From contig CM052816.1 of NCBI GenBank assembly GCA_028534125.1, positions 97,962,001 to 98,026,000 of the forward strand: a stretch of 64,000 nt of DNA. The letters are read 5' to 3'. Origin of the DNA: Lama glama (lineage: Eukaryota). Position 1 is the stretch's first letter. Each line of letters begins with the position of its first letter. Both the position numbers and the translations under genes were made by a program. The notes under the pieces are model-generated. The model was not told the DNA's origin. It made no database searches and saw only the letters and a program-made list of their open reading frames with translations. Shown piece after piece: positions 1 to 17,420 of the stretch.

Positions 1-410
1 TATCGTATATCATATATCATGTATCAGAACGTCCTTCCTTTCTAAAGAAGGCTGGAAGTACTCCACTGTCGGTACAGAACGTGGTTTCTTTATCCGTTCA
101 TCTGTTGAGGGACAGTCGGGTTGCTCCCGCATTTTAGCTGTTGTGAATAACTCTGCTGTGAACGTGCACAGATGACTCCTTGAGTCCCTGCCCTCAGGGA
201 CTTTCAGTGGTATACACAAGTGGAATTGTCGCATCCTTTGGCGTATCTGTGTTGTCTTTTTGAGGGCCCGCCTTACTGTTTTCCACGGCAGCTGCACCAT
301 TTTACATTCCCACCAACAGTGCACAGGAGTTCCAGTTTCTCCACACTCAGCACTGGTTTTCTGTTTGTTTGGTAGTAGCCATCCTAGTGGGTGTGAGTTC
401 TTATCACACT
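1..410 (-). mobile_element. L1 (LINE-1) ORF2 3' end/3'UTR fragment in the NSUN2 intron before the first exon seen
   Basis: Minus-strand translation HCWWECKMVQLPWKTV... is the L1 ORF2 C-terminal cysteine-rich motif. Confidence 0.85.
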
Positions 411-1319
411 GTCTGTACTGAGGGACCAGATTGTATGAAATGTTCTGAAACAGCTGTTTTCATGTTTTGATGTTCAGTTATTATTTCTCCTTTTGTTTTC
501 ACTGAAATTAACCTTTTCTATCAAATTCTTCTTAAAGCAAATAATGGGAAATTTCAAACTAACTACGTTTCCAGCATAGAATGCTACAAAGTTTTCTACT
601 TAAGTGTGAAGCAAGTTGAAACGTAACAGTTGAAACACATGTGCGTTTCCCGGGGCGGCACCCACGACCATCTGGGCTTCCAGGGGGTTTCTCCTCGTGG
701 CTGACGGAGCTGTGCTGTGTCGTCAGCCCTCTGACTGTTGGCACTGGTGGGATCCTTTAGACCTGAGTTTAATGTGTTGTTGGTTTTGCTGTACTTACAG
801 AGACGTGATTTCTGAATCACGTGTTTTGCATGGTCATAATCTCCACGTCTTTGCTGGCGCTTTATTCCTGAAGGCATGTGAGGGAGACTGTGGATGGTGT
901 CATTTCACAGTGAACGTAACCCCGAGTGTCCTGCTCTGTGATTATTTTCTTACCGGGCAGGTGGCTTTCCCGTCTTGAGTGTTGCTCTCACCGCTGTCTC
1001 TGCACGTGGTTGTTCAGACCGCACTGTAGATGCCTCAGCTCTCCTCTGTCAGAGGCATCCTGCGTGGACACGGCTTCATCGGAGAGGAGGCCTTTGCTGG
1101 GCCTTGTCCTCTGGGTTGTGGGGATTTTGACTGGAGGGAACATAAAGGCACGAAGACACAAACCATCTCACGGGTGTGTGTCTGGAAACCAGGAGGGGCT
1201 GAGCTCTGGGGGCCCTCGCCCTGTGTCGTGGACGGGCTGTCCTTGCTGTGGAGCCTCTCTGGGGTGCTTGGGGGGCTGTGCAGCCCCTCACTTAACCAGC
1301 TTTACTCTACCGTGCTGTC

Positions 1320-1575
1320 GTTCATGGGCCATGACACTCACTTGTTCTAAGTGTGCAGTTGAGTGAGCGCTGGTGACTTGGCTGCGTCGCCGTGTGTCCC
1401 TCTCAACGGCCCTGTCTTAGAGCATTTCCATCCCCTCGGGAAGCTCCCGTGCACATGTGCAGTCACTCCCTGTCCGCCTCGCCCCGGGAACCACGGGTCT
1501 GCCTTCTGTCCGACGGGCCTGCCCTCCCTGGACGCTTCCTGTAAACAGAATCCTGCCGTTTGTGGTCTTCTGTAG
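1320..1575 (-). mobile_element. Old L1M 3'UTR fragment, strongly GC-shifted
   Basis: Order of motifs (gagcatttccatcccc...gcagtcactccc...ctgccttctgtc...ctggacgcttcctgtaaacagaatc...gtggtcttctgt) follows the L1MA/MB 3' terminus. Confidence 0.65.
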
Positions 1576-8873
<7,298 letters not shown>

Positions 8874-9365
8874 GGCGGCCGGGGCCTCCCCTTGGGGTCT
8901 GAGACCAAACCCAGGGCCGCTTCTGATCTGGAAGGCACGTGTCTGGGAAGCCCGGGAGCCGGCGGGTGACGGGGCCATGAGCGATCCCGGGGCTCCTTCC
9001 GCACAGGCCTTCCGGAGAGGGGCTTTACCAGCTTGTTAGAAGTTGCTCGTTTGAGTTGGTTTCTCTGGCAAAGTTGGGTCCAGTGTGCCCGTTGCTGGTA
9101 ATAGACTTTCATCTTTAAAGTCTTACTCCACCAGGAAATAGAACTGCCCTTACAGAAGGTTTCAGGCCCCTGTTGTTCTGCCGACATTGGTCTAAAGGCT
9201 CACTATTTCTTCTGAGTATTATTTATAGAGAGAATGTATAACTCCTCACGAATTGATAGAAAACTGTACCATCAGCTTTAATACTTACGTCAGTTGCACG
9301 TTAGTGCAACAGTAATCCTCAGTGGGGTGGCTATCTGAGGCCTCAGGTGACTTCCGTGCCTTTGT

Positions 9366-9383
9366 AATAAAGGGTGAAATAAA
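9366..9383 (+). terminator. Tandem proximal polyadenylation signals (AATAAA x2)
   Basis: tttgtAATAAAgggtgaAATAAActtttg. Confidence 0.45.
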
Positions 9384-9505
9384 CTTTTGCAGAGTAAGAG
9401 CTGTATCGTGAATTGTGATACTAATTATGAGGGTTTTATGGGCTTTTATTGGAGTGCTCTGCTATTTTAATTTTTACATGGGGTTTGGGATCCTTGGAAA
9501 GTTGA

Positions 9506-9511
9506 AATAAA
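9506..9511 (+). terminator. Polyadenylation signal (likely distal/major NSUN2 site)
   Basis: AATAAA followed at ~9542-9554 by a U-rich downstream element. Confidence 0.65.
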
Positions 9512-9771
9512 ATTAGTGAGAGCATGTTACGTGGACGACTCCTGTTTTATTCTTCGTAAGTCAGGAGCAGACTTATTTTTGGTTTAATGGAAATATCCGG
9601 GTTCAAGCATTAGCTGGTGAAAGGAACATTAACGTGAAAGCTACTTTTTTTCCTTTCCCCTCTTGTAAGCTGAAGCATCCTCCGTTTACAGTGTGTCAGT
9701 TTCTACTCAAGTAAAGTGAGTAGGTAGCAGTGAGAGCACTTGAATGACTGTCTTGTGTGTTCACCTCTCAT

Positions 9772-9786
9772 CCTCTAGAGGGCGGT
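9772..9786 (+). promoter_or_regulatory. Candidate CTCF site just 3' of NSUN2
   Basis: CCTCTAGAGGGCGGT matches the CTCF core CCNSYAGRKGGCRS; motif match only. Confidence 0.35.
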
Positions 9787-9939
9787 GTTGATGTTGCGGC
9801 TACTGTGAGGCAGATGTGGGTGGGTGCAAGGTTCCCTGAGCAGTCTGAGAGCCCTCTCCAGTGCTGAACCGGCTCCCTCGTGCACTGTTGTTGGAGAACC
9901 TGCAGGTGGTGCCCCTCAGGCAGGACCTGCGGGGCTGCT

Positions 9940-10090
9940 TCAGTTGATCACTTACTAAGTCCCTGCTGTGTGCCAGGCAGGGCTCTGGGTGCTGGTGACA
10001 TGGCTTCCAAGACAGTTTCCAAATTTCAGAAGAGCAGAGTGTGGGATGGTGAGCCTGTCCCTGTCACTTGGCATTTAGAGTTAACAGTCT
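9940..10090. mobile_element. L2 3' fragment
   Basis: cacttactaagtccctgctgtgtgccaggcagggctctgggtgctggtgaca is a typical L2 3'-end motif. Confidence 0.55.
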
Positions 10091-10252
10091 GATTAATAGC
10101 CCTGCTCATTTCACCACCCATCTCTTTATATTGTTTTGAAGTCAGTTGCATCCAGTTACATTTCAAAAGATAAGGACCCTTTTTCTTTTCAAAAAATAAC
10201 CTCAGTGACTTCACACCAAAACAGTAACAATTGCTTAGTGTCAAATAGCTTA

Positions 10253-11756
10253 CGTGAAAATTCTGTACACTGAAAACTATAAGACGTGGGTGAAAGAAAT
10301 TGAAGACAAGTAAATGGAAAGATATGTTGTGCTCATGGATTGTAGGAATTAATGTTGTTAAAATGTCCATACTGCTCAAAGTGATCTTACAGAGACAATG
10401 CAATCCCTATAAAACTTCCAACTGCATTTTTCACAGAAATAGGAAAAAAACGCTAAAATTTGTATGGAAACATAAAAGACCAAGAATAGCCAAAGCAATC
10501 TTGAGAAAAAGAATAAAGCTAGAAGCACTGTATTTCCTGACTTCAAATTATATTAAAAAGCTGTGGCAATTGAGACTGTGTGCTACTGGTGTAAAGCAAG
10601 ACGGGTTAGTAGCGCTGAATAGAGAGCCCAGGAACAAACCCGTGCATACTTGGTCAGTTTTTGGCCAAGGAACCGAGAGTACAGTGGGAAGAGGATGTTC
10701 TCGTCAATCAGTAGTGTTGGGAAAACAGGATTGCCACATGCAAAAGAATGAAACTGGACTCCTGTCTTACCCTGTGTACGGAAATCAACTCAAAGCGGTT
10801 GAAAGCATTGAAGGTAAGACTGAAACCATGAAACTCCTGGAAGAAAACAGGGTAAGCTCCTTGGCATGGGTGTTGGCAGTGATTTTTTGGACATGACGAC
10901 AAAAGCAAAGGCACCATAAGCAAAAATAAACAGGGGAGACTACATTCAAACAAAAGCTGCCCAGCAAGGGAAACCAACGCAATGAAAAGGCAGCCTATAG
11001 GTTGGGAGAAAGTGCAAACCACTATCTGATAAGAGCTTAATATGGAAAACATGCGAGAAACTCATACAACTGAATTCACAAAAAAGAAAAAAAAAACAAA
11101 AACAGGGCGAAGGACCTAAATAGACACTTTTCCAAAGGAGGCAGATGGTCCACAGATACAAGAAAACACGATCGTCAGGGAGGTGCAAATCAAAACCACA
11201 ATAAGGCATCACTTCGCAACCTGGTAGGGTGCCTTCTCAAAACGACGGGCGCTGGTGAGGGTGTGGGGACCAGAACCCTTGTACATCGTTGGTGGGAGTA
11301 TAAACTGGTCCAGCCACTATGGAAAATAGTCTGGAGGTTCTTCAAGAAGTTAAAAGTAGAATTACCAGATCATCCAGCAATCCTGCCTCTGAGTATTTAT
11401 CCGAAGGGGGTGAAACTTACCTCCGAGGCATATCTGCATGCCCATATTCATCGTAACATTGTTCACAGTAGCTCAGGTATGGAAATGGGTAAATCTAAGT
11501 GTTCATCAACAGGTGGATCGATGAAGAAAATGTGGTGCGTATATATGCAGTGGGCTATTACTCAGCCATACAAAGGGAACCCTATCGTTGTGAGCCTGGA
11601 TGGACCTCGAGGAAATTATGCTAACAGAAATAAGCCAGGCAGAGAGACAGATACTGCATGGTGCCATTTATATGTGGAATCTAAAAAAGAAAAATTGAAC
11701 TCAGAAAGAGTAGGAAAGTGGTTGCTAGGAGACGAGAAATAAAGACCAAACCCCCA
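10253..11756 (+). mobile_element. 5'-truncated L1 (ORF2 3' part plus partial 3'UTR) inserted into an older antisense L1
   Basis: Decayed ORF2 peptides KWKDMLCSWIVGINVVKMSIL...FVWKHKRPRIAKAIL and HRWWEYKLVQPLWKIVWRF; 11-bp direct repeat caaatagctta at 10242-10252 and 11757-11767. Confidence 0.9.
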
Positions 11757-11769
11757 CAAATAGCTTAGT

Positions 11770-12950
11770 TAATATTTCCATTTGCTTATTAGTCTCAGTT
11801 TGTTTTTTAAGTTGATTTGGACAAACAGACCACACATTGCATTTGCTTCATTTGTCTCCTAAGTCTCTTGATTTTGAAATACTTTCTGACTCAGTATAAA
11901 GAACTCTTACCCTTCACCGAAATTCCTGTGTGTGACTGATTTTTTTTCTGAACCACGTGAGTTAGTTGCAGACGTGTTTCATTATCCCATAACTTCAGCG
12001 TATCTTTGCTGTAAACCCGCCTCTTCTGAAATCACAGCCCAAGTATTGGCATTGATACAAGGCTCCCTCCACCCCCTGACCGCATTCTGCCAGGTGGCCC
12101 AGCAGTGCCCTTCACAGGTCAGCTGTTTCGTTGTCCTGCCGTTTGTGTTCACTCCCAGCTGAAGCAGTTCTCAGTCTGTCCTTTGTGATCTGTGACGTAT
12201 TCGGGGGAGGACAGGTCAATTACTTTATGGAACATTCTTCAGTTTGGGTTTATCTGATGTGTCCTCGTGGTTTACACATCTCGACAAGGGTGCTACAGTG
12301 GTGAGCTCTGTTTCACTGGAGTACATCGAGAGGCTCGTGGTGTGGATTTGTCACCTTCCTAGTGAAGTGAAGCTCTACTTAAGTGTAACTGCCTCCACAT
12401 CCCTTCACTTAAAGCTTAATAGGTATTTGGCAGGGAGACACTTCCAGACTGTGTATATGTCTCTTATCGAACGTGAGCTACCAGCTTTAGCATCTCTTGG
12501 CAATTTTTGCCTGGACCAGTTTTTACCATGAGAGTTGCAAGATGTTAATTTCCAATTTTCCTGCTCCTCTGCATTACTAGTTTGCGTTCTACGTTAAGCG
12601 CTTTCCCCTCTGTTCCATTTCTTTATTCAGTTATTTATGTCGTATGGACTCAAGGGTTCCTGTTTTATTTAGTAAGGTGTCTGTTACCGTCACTTGTTTT
12701 CTGGTCCGCATTGTCCTAGACTTGGCTGGTGGGAGCTGTTTCTGGTTGGTTCCAACATCCTTCCGCATGTCCCCACCATCCTACTTCATGCACGATGCTC
12801 CAGCCCTCAGGTCACCCCCGGAGCCCTGGTCCTTTTCGTGGAGCCTGGTGGTTAGAAGCCAAGATCTGGTATTTGGTGTGCTCACTGCTACCAGGAAATA
12901 AAGGTGTGTGTGTGCACAGGCTACATTTATACACCTGTATGTGTTACCTG
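11770..12950 (-). mobile_element. Ancient L1ME/MC-type 3' region, host of the 10253-11756 L1
   Basis: Degenerate L1M 3'UTR motifs (cacacattgcatttg, tttgggtttatctgatgtgtcctcgtgg, tatggactcaagggttcctgttttattt, gttagaagccaagatctgg). Confidence 0.6.
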
Positions 12951-15699
12951 TAAATTAACACATGTCACACCACCGCCTCTGATTTCAGCCCAACACGGTT
13001 CTGTTGTAGCCCCCCCTTCCATGTTTATCCTCCTTTCCCTCCCACGTAAGCACCAGGGCACTGGTTTTCCTCACTTCCGGTTTGTCCAGTGCACGACTCT
13101 CCCCCTTTGGCTGGGGCTGAAGGCCTCAGACTGTGGCCCCCTGACCCCTACGGGCTGTGCCCGCCCCCCGAAGACCCGCTGGCGGTGACGGCACAAACTT
13201 CAGCACCAACCAAAGAAAAGGGGAGCTCTTCGTTCTCTTAAAGTTTTTCCTCCATAGCTTCTTTAAGATGAGGATCTCTGGCCCATGCTGGTTGGAGAGT
13301 CTATTTCGTATGGCTGTGGTGGAGGCTAAACCCCATCTGGTCTGACGTGGCCAGAGTGGAGGCTATTGGTTAAAGTAACCTTAGCTCATCTAACAATGTA
13401 ATACTGTGAAACAAATTAGAACCCTTGGTGTTTTCTTTGCAGTGAAGACGGCTAACATTTGTTAAGCTGAGATTCTTTGCGAACATTTTGTGTAGTTATA
13501 ATCTGTTAGACGTGGGTAGATTGTCAAGACCAATATTGAACGGTGGAGCCAAGATTCAAACCCAAGTCTGTCCAGACTGCATCATCGATTCCATGGGCTC
13601 ATTTGGTCAACAAAACAGCCTTGAGTATTTAGCCAGTTCCCCCCCCACCCCCCAATTTGACATCTAAGCAAAGCAAGGCCTATATAATAATAGTCGTCTG
13701 ACAGGACACTGGCTGGCCTTTGCAAATGATGTTTACGTGATTTATTTATAGTAACTCATATCAGTCAGGTGTGATGGGAGAAACCACACGGTAATTTGAA
13801 CGAAACACTTGGCAGCCAGTGTGTCAAGGTGGAGGCTGGTGTTTTTAGGTTGCTAGGACAAGACGCTCACTGATGAGCCCTTGTTTCTTTTTGCTGTTGG
13901 ATAAAACCTTTTGCTCAGGGCAGACGGAGATCAGGAGGGTGAAGTGCATGCGGCTTACGTTGTGGGTCGTGCTCACACGGTCCGCCGCTGCAAAGGTCTG
14001 CAATCTCAGGAGTGACTACCGCGGTCAGACACGGAGCCGTGGAACCGCATAGCGTCGCCTGGTTCATACCCTGGATCATCGCCTGCTCTCAGTTCTTTCT
14101 GTGGGTTTGGGGAGGGGTGTTTCAGTTCGCCTCCCCTAGGCTGTCTGGGGTGGACAGCTCAGGAACTGGTCATAGTGGGAAGTACAGAATTGCACATCTG
14201 ACCCCAGTGTTTGATTGCCAACACCAGTTTCCAACACCAGCACCTGCCACCCTCAGAGCCAAACTTTAGATTGTTTTAAAGCAGGGAACAAAAAGCTAAT
14301 AAACACTGGAAAACAGCGGCCTTGCACTAAATTATCCGAGTGCTTGGGAAATTATGCAAATTCATGTTCCAATTAAATTTTTTGTAAGATTGTTATTGGT
14401 GTCAGAAGAAAGACTATACATTTTTAAATTAAATATCTGGGGTTTGTTTTTCCAGGTGGATTTTGGTTGCAAAAAATAGCATTTCCCAGTAACAATATTT
14501 CTAAATGTTTAAGCCAGTTTTAAACAATGACAAGTACAAACAATATGAAGGGTCCAGAGCACGCACTGATGGAATCCAGCCAGCACCGACATTCAGATAT
14601 GCCTTGATAATTGATCATCCTTCATGATTAGCACTGGACCATTTGCATGGCCCAGTCTTTGGAGAGGCAGAGATGTAAAGTACAGATAAATATAGAACAG
14701 CACAATGATTTCAGCAAATCAGGTCTGGTGGGCGAGGGAAGGTCAGGGTGAGCTGCAGACTTGTCCTGCTTGTGAGGGAGGTGACAGCCGGTTTTGACGG
14801 GTGGATTCAGCAGCAATGTGTGTTTTAGTCGGGTTCCCTGGGAAACAGCCCCCGGGCTGGGGATTTGCAGGCAGGAAGTTTGGATCAGCACCTGAGGCTC
14901 CCGGAAGGAAGCAGGTCTGGGTTGTGTGGCAGGCGGGAGAGGAGGGCTTCCCGCCTGAGGACCGCACCTCCCCTGCACCACTGAGATGTGCTTGTCAAGT
15001 GGTAGAGAAACAAGAATAGAAAGTGACTCCCTACCCAGTGGAGGGAAAAGGTAACAAAATGTTGTCAGTCTAAGGGAGGGAGGAAAGGAAATAAGGATAG
15101 AAAGAACAAGAAAACACAGAAACAGAAAACAGGAAACAGCTCAAAAAATTGAAACGAGACCGACACAGGCAAATGGTAATGAGCGAGGGAGGTTCGGGTG
15201 TTTTACTTTAATGTTATTTTGAAAAGTCCAGCGTTCACGATGGTCAGTATTTGAGAGGCTCAGACCAGCAAGATGCCTCCCCACTCCTGGCCCAGCCCCC
15301 TCTGTCCCCCGTGAGGGCGACCAGCAATGGTAGTTTTCTGTCCGTCTTCCCAGAGATATTCCATGCAGGTGCTTTCCCCCTTCCACACAAATATGACTTC
15401 AGTACAGAATGTGCGGCTCCTAGCACTTTTTTTGTATTTAATAATACAGCTTGGAAGTTATTTCATGTCAGTACATCTGGAGCTTTGCACTTCCTTAAGG
15501 AGCAGAGGGCCCCCATTTAACCAAACCTTGTGAATAGACACGGGGTGTCTCTGTTCTTGGTTACCAACCCAAAAAGCCCACAAGAATTACCTTGTAACTT
15601 TCATTTCAAATACCGTACCTGGCAAGTGGGTTAGAAGAAAGTCCTAGTAGTAGTACTGATCGGTCAGGGAGCATGTGTATTTTAAATTATGACAGATAC

Positions 15700-17420
15700 C
15701 AGGTGTGTTGACATTAATATCAAATAAAATAGAGTTCATTGCAAGACCCATTAAATGGGAAAAAACAAATACTTTATATTTTTTTATTTATAAAAAAAAC
15801 TACCATGTACATATAATAACTTTTAACCTTTAAGCACTTTACAACAAAATATTGAAAAAGCAAAAAATATTACCAGTAGAAGAAATTGACAAAGCCACAG
15901 TTATATTAAGATAATTTAGTAAATGCACCTATCAGAAACTGACAAGTGGGGTGGAATATAAGGATCTGAGTATCAGGTAATAAGCTTGAGCAAACACAGT
16001 CGTGAAACAGGACACAAACTCCTTGGGGGTAACCAATAATTCAAAAGCTTTTGAAAATATCAGTAAAATAGAGAAATCTTTGATAACTGCTCAAGAGAGA
16101 CGGTGAGAGGAGCCACTACTGAAGAGACCCGTAAGTGTGCCAGAACACGCCCATCCCTTCCCGCGCAGGTGCTTTGACGACGTGGGTGAAATGAAAACAC
16201 GCAGGAAATCGCGTCACCAGCGCCATTCCAGGAATGGGAGAGGAACCACAGCAGGAGTAACAACTGGACACAAGGGACAGGCGGCTGGAGACGCACCCAC
16301 CTCCTCGCCCCAAACAGGCACAGGCCCTGGGAGATTTTCAGCTGAGCTTTGTCACAGTTTCAGGAAACAACTGATTCCTATGTTAAATTCACTTTATAGA
16401 AAAAGCCAGAACGTTTCCCTGATCATTCTCTTCTGGTGAACCCGGGAGGCCACAGATGGACAAGGACACACACACAAAAGGAACCCCTGCTGCTGACATC
16501 ACTACCGCGGATGTGAAAGGAGCTAAGTTAAATGTCAGTGAAGCAAGACCAGCAGGGAATTAAAGTAAGGGACACGCCGCGATGTATTCTCGGGGTATAC
16601 AGTATTACATTCTCTACATGTATTACGTATTTTTATTAGGATTATATAATTATACAAATTTTTATTATACGATTTATATATTTTATATATATCGTATATA
16701 TAATTGTGTATTTTATATATAGTAGATATAACTTACTACATATTTACATAATATGAATGTATACATTTAATATAGTTACATAAGGAACATTAAGAGGTTA
16801 AAGGAGCAAAATTGAAATAGTAAAACTTATAAAATTCAAGACTCAGTCTTTCCTTAAAAAATAACAATCAGCTAAGACTAGAAGGAAAGTTATTTAACTT
16901 GATGAAGGGTATTTATCAGAAATCCTATATTGAACATCATACTTAATGATAAAAATATTAGAAGCAGGAACCAGGTAACAGACATTGCTCACTGTCTCGA
17001 TCAGCCCACATGGACAGTCCTGGTCAGTGCAGTGAGACCACGAGAAGAGAGGAGAGGCAGTGGTGGGAGGGAAGGGGGAACACCGCCACGATCTGCAGGT
17101 CAGGTAATTATGCATGAAAATCCAGGTGGATAAACTGGAAAGGTATTAAAAAACTCATTTAAATAGTTTAGTGATTTGATAAAGATAAAAGACATCATAA
17201 AGATTTTAAAACAGTGACACATTGGGAAAAAATAATTTCTATATATAATAGAAAACACATCATATCCATGCTTTGTAAACAGCTTCAAATCAATATGAAA
17301 TGGACAGTTTGAGATTAAAGTAGACAGAGGACAGACAGGTAATTCACAGGAAAAGATGTGCAGGTGACCAGCAGAAAGCCCCGCTCATACTTAAGACACG
17401 AGAAACAGCAGCGCCAACAA
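15700..17420 (+). mobile_element. Ancient fragmented L1M ORF2 with an internal TA-rich expansion
   Basis: GPGRFSAELCHSFRKQLIPML resembles L1 [21 protein letters not shown]; aacttgatgaagggtatttatcagaaatcctatattgaacatcatacttaatg is an RT-region motif. Confidence 0.65.
16615..16780. repeat. TA-rich low-complexity tract
   Basis: Degenerate (TA)n/(TTATA)n run. Confidence 0.8.

Larger units (their letters stand above)
8874..9530 (+). other. NSUN2: NSUN2 3'UTR (end approximate)
   Basis: Follows the stop codon and becomes AU-rich. AATAAA at 9366, 9378 and 9506, with a U-rich tract (ctgttttattctt) about 35 nt after the last one. Confidence 0.75.

Noticed and set aside
926..1366. Acceptor-like attttcttaccgggcag (AG ending at 960) and a 146-aa ORF in the NSUN2 intron
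   Set aside because: The translation does not resemble NSUN2 and no convincing donor was found; cannot be supported as an exon without RNA data.
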